The notes beneath the pieces were generated by a model, which ran no database searches, was not told the origin of the DNA, and saw only the letters and a program-made list of their open reading frames with translations. Source: Eledone cirrhosa (lineage: Eukaryota). From it: DNA of 64,000 nucleotides. Below, one piece after another: positions 12,984 through 25,668 of this stretch (position 1 is its first letter; each line of letters begins with the position of its first letter). Both the position numbers and the translations under genes were made by a program. The stretch is taken from the NCBI GenBank assembly GCA_964016885.1, contig OZ024740.1, positions 134,292,001-134,356,000 of the forward strand. Direction: 5' to 3'.

Positions 12984-15720
12984 TGTCATTTCGTTTAGCT
13001 CGGTTCTGTTTCTCTATTGCCGGGTTCAGGCCTTGAACCTAGAGCAATAGTTGTTTTCATTGTAGAGAGAGAACTCGTCTGAGAATGTGTGCTGTTCCCA
13101 GTAGCCCGATCTTCTGTAGCTCATATTTGCTGAGCTTGTAGGGAAGGACGCTAAGGTACAGGTCTGAGTAGTTGGATATTAATCCTAATGCTGCTATTAC
13201 CACAGGGATAGTGTTTGTAGTCATCCTCCACATGCAATTGATCTCTATTTCCAGGTCTTTTTATTTTGACAGTTTTTCCATTGTATTTATAGATGTATTC
13301 TTGTCAGCTGCTACGGAAATATTTATAAGGCTACATGTCCGATCTGTTCTGTTTTTTTATGATGATATCTAGTCTGTTGGCAGCGATTTCTCGATCAGTT
13401 ATCACAGGCATATCCCACAAGATGGATATGTTGCCCTTTTCCATGACTGTTTTTGGTTGATGTCCATACCATTTCTTAGAAGTATGGGCGTTATGAGAGC
13501 GGCAGAGCATCCAGTGCACATATTTGACAATGCGGCTGTGTCTTTCGTTTTTTACTAGTTTTGGACAACCGGAGATAACATGATCTTTGTGTTTGTAGGT
13601 AGCATATTCTGCATAGAGAGCTAGTCCCATCTTTCACTATCCTGTGTCTATAGGCCCGAGTATTTAGAGATTGGTCTTGTGCAGCAACTAAGAGTCCCTC
13701 AGTCTCTGAGCCAGGATAGTGAGCCAAGCTGATCGATATCATTGTCAGAAGGTCGTTCTGGGAATCTACCATGTAGTGGTTTTGCCTTCCATTCACGGTT
13801 TAGTTCGTCTGTTTGGAGTTTTTTTGCTTTTATCTTCACAGTCATAGCTAGCTGTGCAGCACTCTGTTATTGATTTTCTATGGGTATGTCTTGTTCTTGT
13901 TCCATGTTGCCTAATTGTAGCTTCTTAATTCGTTCATGCTTGAGTACAGACATAAGGAGTTCATCTCGGGTGTGGTGGAAGTGGCTACTCAATCCAATGG
14001 TTGCTGTTTTGTATGCAGCATCCAGTTGACGGAACCCCCTTCAAACTTCTCTCCTTGAGATATACAGCCTATGTGCATCGGCTTTAGGGTGGTGCATTTT
14101 TCCGTTCATAGTTTCCTTGTCTTAGTCCAACCTTTGTAGTTCTTGCGGGTTCCAGTTTATGATGTTAACGCTGTATGTTACCACTAGTACTGCTAGACTG
14201 TTAATGGCTTTGAACTTGTTGCAGGAGTTTTGCTCACTTTTTGTTACCAGTCTCACTCTCCTTATGTACTCCTACCGTGTCTTTTCCTTCATACTTGCAT
14301 GCTGGATTCTATATCCTTCATTAACTCAAATATATTGGTAGGACTCTTCGTTGTTAAGTTCCTTTATGGTAGTGTGTTGGTCTATGACAATATCTTTATG
14401 GTTAGAAAGCAACTCTCTCTTGAATCTGGCTTTTTCACACTTGTCCAATCCAAATTCCATATAGATGTCATCATTGAATTGTTTCACTGTGTGCAGTAAA
14501 CCTTCCAGCTGCCCATCATTGTTTCTAAATAGCTTGATATCATCCATATAAAGAAGGTGACTGTAATTTCTGTTGTCTATTTTATATCGATAGCCTGTCT
14601 TGTGCAGTAACTGACTTAACGAAGCAAGTGACATACAGAACAGCAAGGGGACAATGAGTTGCCTTGGAATATTCCACGATTAATCTTGATCTGTCTAGAT
14701 TCCAGTGGTCCGTTGTGGTGTTGAAGGACCATCGTAGTTTTCCAGTCTGTCATCATTGCCTTCAGGAAAGTTGTGATCTCGAGTGCTATGTGATAAATTT
14801 CTAGTGTCTTTATGATCCATGAATGAGGTACGATGTCGAATGCCTTCTTGCAGTCTATCCAGGCCATTGATAGGTTTTTCTTTTTTCTGTTTGCAGTTTT
14901 CCGTTATGAGTCTATTTAGCAGTAGCTGATCTTTGCACCCATAACTCTCTCGTTTACAGCCTTTTCGTTCAGATGGCAATGGATCTCCACAGACGAAGTA
15001 ATTGTATCTTGTTGGTAATCACTGATGTGAGGGATTTGTACATCGTTGAGATACATGTAATTGGTCTGCATTCATTCTTTTGTAGAAGATACGTTATGCC
15101 AGTTTTCATCCACTTTGGGACCTCTCTTGGGTTTGCTACAATCCTGGAGAATTCAGCAGACAAGGATTTATGGAATACATCCAGATGTTTCAGCCAGAAA
15201 TTCTGCACGCCATCTCTGCCCGGTGATTTCTGTTTTTATTTCTTGTGAGGTGATCTCATGGGTGTAAGCAGGGATTTCCAAATGTTCCAGCCATGTGACA
15301 TTGGAGTTGTGGTCTTGAACTTTTTCACAGATATTTTCCCAGAAGTGTTCAACCTCATCAAGCTCAGGTGGTTGCCTTATTTCAATGTTTCTTACCTAAC
15401 TCTCTGTAAGATCTTTTGGCATCTTCGGCAGAGATTTTGCTTTGTTTAAAGAAGTTAGCTCTTCTTTTGCATCTTCTTAGTCTCTGTGCCTTTGCCTGTA
15501 TCTTTTGCTTGATTGATTCGGCAATTTCTTTCCAGTCTGCTGTCCGGTTGGCCTTGTATTTCTTCCTCGGCCTAAAAAGCTTTTAGGGGTTGGTGTCAGT
15601 TCTTTTATCTATTTCGAATACGAGAGAGACATCTCTCCTCAACTCTATAATTTTGTTCTCCAGCTGTCTCTGCCATTTCGGTATTCCCTCTGTGTTTATT
15701 TTACAAACAAGTATTGCTTC
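12984..15720 (-). mobile_element. R4/Dong-clade non-LTR retrotransposon (RT + restriction-like endonuclease), decayed
   Basis: RPITCISTMYK, KGCKRESYGCKDQLL, AWIDCKKAFDIVPHSWI, RGIFQGNSLSP, SHLLYMDDIKLF, FGLDKC, ETEGLLVAAQDQSLNTR, CRIC..HVISGC, ILWD..ANRLDII, LGTAHILRRVLS. The 3' end abuts (TAA)n. Confidence 0.92.
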
Positions 15721-16019
15721 CATTACTTGTCTAATAAACATATATTGTTATAATTTTGCTATCTTTATTTAAGAGGGCCTCTCTCTTTATTTTGAAAAAA
15801 AGGCAATCCACTTCATTCGCAGGGCGGAGTAGCTAACATTGTTCGCTCATGGAAGACAACAACTAAACAGCATTTCTCACTGATAAGCATAATTTCTAAT
15901 ACATCTAAAACATGTAATTGACTGCAACAACAGAAATTGTACATTGTACTTTGAACAGCCAGAACAATACACAAAATATAACATAGCACTAAAATCAAAA
16001 GCAACATCAACAATAACTA

Positions 16020-16580
16020 CAAACATAAAAACACAAGGTCCCCACAAATTCCAGACGTCACCATCACTGAGGATCTTACCTGGCGAACGTACAGGCTCCA
16101 CTTAACAAATACTGAATTAGAGTTAGATAATGTTTCATCCCCAGTAACTATTAATCTTCTACAAAGCTCAATTGAGACACACAATGGAGTGCTGCTCCCA
16201 CATCTGGAACGGAGCTGCTGCAACACACAGACATTCTAGACTACATCAAAAAATGGCCATCCGAATAATTTACAGGAAGTTGATTGCCAACACACTCTAA
16301 CATTTGGTCTAAAGACTTGCTGCCTTCCCTCTCTGCGTTTCTACTGCTACTACACTAGCATTGAATCATCAGCGTTTGCTTGTTTCATGCCACCATTAGT
16401 CAGCACCCTCAATTTGTTCGCCTCATTTTCTCTTCTCATCCTCATTGTGTTCGTATCCATCCCCCATGCTAACCACAGCACCTATTAATAACAACGTTCC
16501 CCTATAATTCCTTCCATGTCCACGCATTTCATGTAGCTGTCAACTTTCACCAATTCAAGAGAACCATTACCTCAACGGTC
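16020..16580 (+). mobile_element. CR1-group LINE 3' fragment, decayed
   Basis: VTITEDLTWRTY and YKAQLRHTMECCSHIWNGA..HQKMAIRII resemble YKAQVRPxMEYCSHIWxGA..IQxRAxRII. Confidence 0.65.
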
Positions 16581-16814
16581 TCATAAAGTCAACGAAGGCA
16601 ATAGGCATAGTTAAAACGAAAGGGATCTAGCTAGAGTAAAATATTTAGTTCGGTATTCTACCATTTCTGCAAGTGCATCACCCATTTTACGATAACAATA
16701 AAAGATGTTGATCAGTGCATTTATGTATGTTCCTTTTGTTCTATATCTATCGCCTGTTTACATACATTACACAAAATAAATCACTTTTCCTACGTATGAT
16801 AGTTTGGTAATAAT

Positions 16815-16998
16815 TGTTTCTACTTTAGGCACAAGGCCAGCAATCACCCAGTGCATTACTGGTACTTTATTTTATCGACCCCGTAAGGATGAAAGGCAAA
16901 GTCAACCTCGGCGGGATTTGAACTCAGATCATAAAGGGACGTAACTATGCTGGAAAGCATGGCGTCCGACCCTCTACCGATACTGCCAATCCACCGCC
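16815..16998 (-). mobile_element. SINE family 1, full length
   Basis: Family consensus. 14-bp TSD agtttggtaataat at 16801-16814 and 16999-17012. Confidence 0.92.
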
Positions 16999-17352
16999 AG
17001 TTTGGTAATAATACATTGTAATAAAAGTTTTATGAGTAAAGTGTACTTGATACGAACAGAAAATCAGTTGTCTCTTTGGTTGATGTTATATATATATACA
17101 TATAAACAGCATTTCTCAAAATTGCAAACTTGACTGTCACCACACATTATGAACCTGAAGATTGCGAAAGCATGAAAGTACTTGTTCAATTAACACTTAA
17201 CAGTTAATATTCTACCATACTATTTCATTCTAATACCATTATAAATTTTAAAGGATTGTAAATAAAATGAGTAAATCAGACAAAGTTGGAATTCCTTTTA
17301 TTAATATAATCTTCTATACACAATCATACACACTCGTGTATATTTATCTATC

Positions 17353-17383
<31 letters not shown>

Positions 17384-17991
17384 ATGTGTTTGTATGCTCG
17401 TAATAATGGCGAAAAGAAAATATTTCTTTTGTGTCATAATATACTTTGCAGCATAATGAAGTATGAATATAATCATTGTCGTGATTGTATTACAGAATAG
17501 TATTTGTTTATTAACAAATACGTTTTTGAATATCATGCATTCGTCATGAGATTCACGAAAAATGCTAATTAATAAACGCTTAAACTTGACTCGGAACCAA
17601 CGAGAAGAAACTCCACGTGGTCGCTCTACCTGCTAGAAAAAAGTACCCAAATCTCAAAAGGTGGAGTAATTTGTAATAGTGTAGTCCAAATTGCACAATG
17701 CCGGGGAAAACCACAGAATAATCATGGGTGAAATGTCTACAACATTGTTGACAGCTGACCAAATAGCAATTATGTTAGCTATAATGAATAGAGAAACATA
17801 CCCGGGCTCACTCTACATGGAAACAATTTTGAAGCCGATGCTAACATAAGTAATGTATTAAGCTAAGAAAATTTGATTGACGAAACTTTCACCAGTGATG
17901 AGGAGAAATAACCACTGGCTTAATGACGATTAAGAAAGGTAAGCCAATTTTTTGCAATGCAGTGATGAGTAAATTTAATGATATATATATG

Positions 17992-18052
<61 letters not shown>

Positions 18053-18207
18053 GCTGACAAACTAAGCAGCAATAACCTATGCTTGCTTTGGGAATCTCCG
18101 TGTACCTAGGAAGGCATATGCCAGATGACATGTATTTTACGTAATATAATATATACACACATATATATATTTCCTAATATTGTTTTATACATACATGCAC
18201 ATGTGTG

Positions 18208-18338
<131 letters not shown>

Positions 18339-21300
18339 CAATACTAGGAAATGCATCATGCGTAACTTTCGGGATGAAATTTTTTTTTTATGGTGGGGTG
18401 GATAATTATATGAAAATGTGTTGCTGATTTAGAGTAATGAAAACGAAATCGAAATTTAATTTGATTTAAAAGCAATAAATATTAATGTTTTTTTTTTTTA
18501 GTTTTATATTGCTTAATATCTAAGAATTAATATCAAGTTATTGTTTACAGACTAGATATATTTAACGATTTTAAATTGATAGCTAAAAATAAACTAATGA
18601 CATTTATTGATTTACAAAATACTTCTATAAATATATCGATCCGGCGAAGAGTTAACAGAATCGTAGAGTTTTGAACTGTTAAAATTTTAGCCACCTTCTC
18701 AATAAACCGAATTCAAATTTTCCTTTCTTCCCTCTGGGGATAGATACATTTGTAAGAAATTATATACTTATATTCAGTCCGTAAGCAAACATTATGAACC
18801 TTGTCAAAAGAAATCATTTTATCAAACATATATTTTCGTATTGTTATTTAACAATGATAGTATATAAATGTTCGTGGAAGATCTTTGGATTCGTGGATTT
18901 TTTCCTATGCGAATATAAAGTTTTTAGTTTGTATCCTTGATTAAAATTCACAATTACGATGTTTACACTAAATTAAACATTAAGATTTCATTTTAGTATT
19001 GGTGTACGAAGTGATACGAAAATAGATGCCCAAGTCAACATAGAACCAAATAAGCTAGCATTCAATTAAATCCGTTGTTCAGACATTGAAAGCTCTGTAA
19101 GCTCTGAGACACCAGTCTAAAATACTGAGTTTAAATATACCTGTGGATACAGCTTGAAATACACTGACTAAAAACAAAATATTCAATGGAGACATAAAAT
19201 GGAATTTTTCATTTACAAAGCTTTCGTTCTTAAACCTATTACAATTAGTTCACCTTGTTCGTATTTTTTTTCCTGTACTTCAATAGTCTCTGCTTCTCTG
19301 AGCTTAATAATGTTTGTGTTAACTATACCAAAAGTGACAAGGAGTACTCTCATCTCACTATTTCTAGATCCAATGTTTACTACCGGGCTGACTTCCTGTT
19401 CATAACGTCGAACCATCAACCTCCATAAACTGAAGTAGATCTACCACATCTTCACTAATCTCAATGTCGTAAGCAGTGCCAAGTTTTCGAACTAACAAAA
19501 TAAATGAAAATATCGACTTACATTTCGTACAAACATGTATTTTTCTACTAAAAATAAGTATTTAAGAATTCATTTATTAACATTTCTCCCTTTGAAACCG
19601 AATTTAACCATAAAAAAGGATATAGGTAGTATTTCTTCCTCAATAGGTACGATTTATAAATTTTAGAGAAAGTTAATAGGTTATTATGTTTATGTTATTT
19701 AACTTATCGAAGTAAGTAAAATGAGTAGACGCACACTGAGAATTGTAAATGGATGGCAAATACATTTCACTGGGAACTTATTTCAATTCCACAAAGCTCT
19801 CTACTCAATAACCACTAATTAAAAACTATATTACATGGCTTCGAATTTGTTGTAGTAGTTGGTGAATTCAAAACAGAAGATAAGAACCTTTTTTCATAAA
19901 GATTAATAAAACACTTTTGTTTCTTGATCCTTTCAATACAAAAGTCCATTGGCTAACCTCAGACTTCAATAAATAATTTACTTTATGTGTTCATAATAAT
20001 TTTAGTATTGTTGTTGCTGTTTTTTCATCAGTGATTAATTTATTGATTCTTATATTCTATCAACTACTCTGTGAAAACATTCCCTCTGTAACAAAACAAA
20101 ACGGCAGTTTTATACAAATTTTCTTAAAATTCTATAGTATCTATTTTTATGTGTCTGTTTGTTTTGTTTTTGTTTTTTGTTTTTTTTTGTTTAGAATGTT
20201 TTGTACGTGTGTGTGTATTTGTTTGTGTGTATGTGTGTGTGTAAGAGAGAAAGTGTGTGTTTTCTTTTTCTTTTTTTTTGCAGATAAACGTATCTGAGAC
20301 ATCTTCAAAACATAATATAATATAGTCTGATGGGAGAAAGTACACATTGCGTTTTCAGGCAACTCGATGTTTTCTTTGAGAGGCATGTTATTCATTGACT
20401 GTCTAATCAATAGCTGCTAATAACCTCAAAGTTTAATCCCAATTGGCGTCGAAGTAGAAACTTTGATGTTAAAAGCAGGGAATATCTTGATAGTCCTATT
20501 TTCTTGTTAAAAAAATAACCTCTTTTCTGTTTATATTGATGGCAAATCTGCTCGTCTAAAAATGTCTAAGTGACTTTAAAGGAAATATTTATATTGATTC
20601 TAAAATTAGACACAGATGTTTGTAGACCTAAAATGAATCATTAACCTGAAGTAGTTTCGACAGCACAACAATTGACAGTACAGAAATACTTTGTTTCTCT
20701 AGAAGGTTCTAACAATAAAGTTTCATGTCTATTAATCAGTGCATTTGCTATGTGGGCAAAGACATTTGGTTAGTGCATTGCTCCATCGAGTTTATTTACA
20801 AACGTCGGTTTACATTAATGAAAGCTGTTTTGTTTGTAGGTGTAAGTAAGAAGGATTATTTCATTAACTTATACAGCATGATGAATTAGATTGTTTGAGA
20901 ATGCTAGTCGCTTGAATAGTTTTTGAAAGTCAGTTCTAGAAAGAAGCTGGACAAATATACAAATGTTTGAATGTAACAATAGAGAATATTTATTGTGGAA
21001 TATAAATTTTATAACTTACATATGTATAGCAAAAGAAACAATGTATATTAGTGCCATCTATGTAAAAATGCATTATACATAAACATTTTGGTTGAGCGGA
21101 GAAAATATGACGCTATAGATTCAATGTATATAGTTATAGCAGATAAATTATGCATAGCTATATACTGTAGAAATATAAAATGTTGCAGACGTTATATGTA
21201 TAGCATTATAATGAAAGGTGAATAGAGATTAATATCATAAATCATTATACCTAGAAACTAGACTTCCAGCTGGTATAGATCGTAACAAACCATCTTAATG

Positions 21301-21604
21301 CATTTCATCCCGTTGTGCTACGTGTCAGCTTTCAGTTGACTTTGTCGTTGCTTATATTACAATTAATGTTACAAACTAGTCACCTCAGCTATATCAATTC
21401 CGTAATACATATAAATGTTTTATGTCTTAAGTGATTAAAAGGGACCAATCAATAGACTAACATTTTCTGCAACCCTATTTGAGAAATACGGAGCTGTTAA
21501 GAATTTATGACATTCTAAAATATTACAAAACGTTTGAGAAAGTAAAGCTAATTATTAAAATGTATTTTCTGTGTATGTGCATGTGTGCACGTGTGTGTGT
21601 ACAT

Positions 21605-21676
<72 letters not shown>

Positions 21677-22289
21677 TACGCATGTAATTTTTTCACTGGG
21701 TATCAGTAATTGTGCGTGTATGTATATTTATGTATGCCACCAACATTGTAACTACATATTTGCTAATCGGTAAGTAAACAATTTCATAAAAACTATCTAT
21801 ATATAAAGTTAAGTTCAACAAAGAAAAAGCTTTTTATACATATCCAGTACACAATCATCATAGGAAAACACAGCTAATAAATCAGTAAAAGTGGCAGTTA
21901 AAAATATACAGGTGATTACGATTAACAATAAAAGGTAAAAGGTGAAATTGAATAACAATAGAATGAGATGAATAATCAAATGAATAAAATATAGTAAAAT
22001 ATAGTAAAATAAGTGAAAATGAATGGAATTATATGAGAAATGTATAAAGACATAGATAAAGATGTATAAATAACAGAAGTATACTTTGTATGAAAATGAT
22101 ACATTATTATGATATGCGTCTTTGAGTTTAGCAGGAAACCGCTTGGAAAATGTCAATTGTCTGGAAAATATTATGTTTAGCATTTCATTGGAGGCTTAAT
22201 TAGTTTATTTAGTTAGGCTATAACTTACTCCTACTTGCTTTTTTTTTTTGTTTAATTATCATGACGATGATGTACAGTGTTAACGTATC

Positions 22290-22503
22290 ATTTCTTGACA
22301 AAATCGATAGAGCATCGGAGACCATGCTTCGCGACATAGTTACGTTCCTTTACGTTCTGAATTCAAATCCCACCGAGGTTAGCTTTGCCTTTCATCCTTA
22401 CAGGGTCAATAAAATAAAGCGCCAGTAATGCACTGGAGTCGATTTAATCGACTTTCCCCTCCCTCAAAATTGCTGACCTTGTGCCTAAAGTAGAAACAAT
22501 TAT
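22290..22503 (+). mobile_element. SINE family 1 (longer subfamily with gatttaatcgactttcccc segment)
   Basis: Family core and 3' end present. Confidence 0.85.
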
Positions 22504-22909
22504 TTCGAAGTCACTGAGCGTATTGTGTGTCAGGGGCGAGGTTTTAGAATATATATTCAAAACAGATAAAGTTAAGATTGAGAGTTGAAAATTAATAATG
22601 GGTGCCACTCATGAACATTTTTTTTTTTAGTTTGGTCTTTTCGTCGTATGAATTATACACTACGGTTTCTCTATATTTTCAAGGCGATATATCTTAAAAT
22701 AAACTACAATAAAAATATACACTAAAATAACTGAAGTTATGAGTGAGAATGTCATCATGTTACCATAAAATTGCTGTGGGGCGTGTGTTTGGTGTGTATA
22801 TGGCCAACCGTTAGGAAATTTTCAATTTAGTCCCATATATTACGAAGGTCAAATATTCTTTGAGTCTATAAATTATGAAGCCAAATATTCTTGTGACTAT
22901 GCATTATGT

Positions 22910-23089
22910 GAATTGGCAGTATCGGTAGAGGGTCGGACATGCTTTCCAGCATAGTTACGTCCCTTTACGATCTGAGTTCAAATCCTGCCGAGGTTAACTT
23001 TGCCTTTCATCCTTACGGGGTCGATAAAATAAAGTACCAGTAATGTACTGGGTATTTGCTGGCTTTGTGCCTAAAATAGAAACAATTAT
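22910..23089 (+). mobile_element. SINE family 1
   Basis: Family consensus. Confidence 0.9.
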
Positions 23090-23396
23090 ATATTATGTGT
23101 CGTATAACAAGTAGTAAGGCAAGAAACGTTATGTTTGGTATTGCATTCGCTTAGTTGAATTCGATGTAAATCATGTAGGTTCAAAACCGACACGTTAAAT
23201 TAAAATGACTGTGCATGATGTAATTATAATGCAGTGATAATGCATCACATTTAAATTTGAGATTTTTCTGGAAAATAAACTTCCGACCTAATCATAGATA
23301 ATTAAAATTGACTAATGGGTTCAAATTCTGACCTCATGTTTTAACCAAATGGATTATGCTACGGTGTATAAATATTTTTCATATATATATAATGTT

Positions 23397-23580
23397 ATAA
23401 TTGTTTCTACTTTTGGCACAAGGCCAGCAATTATCCCAGTGCATTACTGGTACTTTATTTTATCGACCCCGTAAGGATGAAAGGCAAAGTTAACCTCGGC
23501 GGGATTTGAACTCAAATCATAAAGGTAACTCTATGCTTCAAAGCATGGCGCCCGACTCTCTACCGATACTGCCAATCCAC
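23397..23580 (-). mobile_element. SINE family 1
   Basis: Reverse-complement family consensus. Confidence 0.9.
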
Positions 23581-24299
23581 AATGTAGGATTAGAATTAAT
23601 GGACGCTTGAATGAAATATTGGTTGCTTTAAAATAAAGTAAATTAAAATGAAATGAAATACAGAAAATTAAAATTGAGTTACATTAAATTTAGCATGCCT
23701 TAGCATGCCTTTAGCATGCCTTAAAATTATGTTGAGAAATGTGTGTATGTTTTGAATTCTGTCAGATTAGATAAATACATTACATTTAAGGCAAAAAGCT
23801 ATAGTTTTGATACTAGATTCAATAGTTTATAATATATATCATTTCAATAATATGTATACATATTGGCATATGCTCGCCGTATGGAAGACCATAATTAGTC
23901 TTAGAGAAGTATTTTTCACGAACGGTACTGCACAAATATTCATTGAATTATGCATTATTTGTGACTGCGACAAATATCTAAAGAGTAAAAGAGCAAACGA
24001 GATACACAGTACAAAGGAAACATGCGTGTCCTTTCCTTGTAGCAAGTTTTCTGCTACAGAATACTGTTTTCGAGATCTGATTTATATCTTTCATCGAACG
24101 ATCGTCCTGTGGCCAGTGGTCACGTGGCTTGAATTATCGATTACTCGGAACGGATAAACATATTGTATATATTAATTTCAGGCCTCCTTACATCTTGAGA
24201 CAGCGGTGACATGCGATGAGAACTCCGATACAGTCGGATGATACACTACTAACTGAATATTGTATTGCTGACTGATTTCCGATGGGCTACAGTTGTTAG

Positions 24300-25030
24300 T
24301 TGTTTAACTTCCGGCAAGGTGACGATCTACATCTATGTTAATCTGTTTAGAGCTTTCTATCCTAAAGGTGGCTGGAATTTCTGTCGATATGTGTAGGTTT
24401 TCATTGCATTTTCTAGGAATGTTATAATTGTCTGTATCTAAATCTAAGAGGGCATCTAAATGATTGACTATGCTTATATTTGTGGTCATAGCAATGTTGA
24501 GTCCTAGCTCTTTAAAACTACTAATTAAGTGTTACAATAGTATTTCTATCATCTTTAAAAATTTAGTTCAAATTATATGAAATGGACAAAACTTCATTTC
24601 ACAGTACCGTTTCTTACTATAATAGGTCTTTAGAGAGTAATGGTTTCAAATATTAGCCAAATGTTCATATAGCCAAATATTTTCTCCGTTTAATTTTAAA
24701 ACATTTCTCCGTCGGCAACACACTAGATAAGCTATTTAATCAGCGAAATATCGAGGTAGATTTTAGTTGCGCCGGCAATATCATTTCAAGTCGTGTTCAC
24801 GTGAAAGATTCTATAAACAATGCAACAAATAATCTACATTTCGCAACCAAAGACTGGGAAACAACTATCAAGATAACTATCGATCTAACTGTGTAATTGG
24901 GGAGTTGGGTATCTTTGATTGTAAATGTAACACTGAACCGATATAGTACTAAGCTTATATGTAATCCCACCACCAAGGCTTGAAATGTACAAAATCCTAC
25001 ATAGGTATGGTAAGATCCCAATTAAGAAAT
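24300..25030 (-). pseudogene. Decayed Penelope-like (Nematis-like) RT C-terminal fragment
   Basis: FKELGLNIAMTTNISIVNHLDALLDLDTDNYNIPRKCN resembles FKxxGLxITxxxNxxxVNFLDVTLDL..YxPYRKPN. A weak GSY..GL..LYR remnant lies near 25020. Confidence 0.6.
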
Positions 25031-25512
25031 GTTACGTGCATTTAAATTTTTAAAAAATACATGATTCTAGTTATGCTAACTGAAAGAAAGACACGTTACT
25101 TTTAAACTTTTATGAAAATAAATATCAAATGTCAACTGAAGCAACAAACATTTTCAATGGGAGATAATTAGCAAATACTGTCAGAAGAATAAAATTTATC
25201 TTACCAACCATATTAAAAGGCACAAATCGGATTAAGAGGTCGGAATTTAGCTAATCTACAACCTAAATGTAATCAACTGGAATCTCACTACACGATATCC
25301 AATTACTGTTGTATCATCGAACTGTATCACCGTTCTTACCCACAGCTACATCCGTATGGAGGTGGCGCCCAGGCATGAAACTCGAGGTATATCATTGTAA
25401 GATAACCTGATGTAGTAAATGCAATAAATTTACTCTCCCTAAGGTTCTCTTTACTTATTTAACTTGTTTTGTAAATAATAATAGCTGCAAATGTAAAATC
25501 GTGATTGTGAGT

Positions 25513-25668
<156 letters not shown>

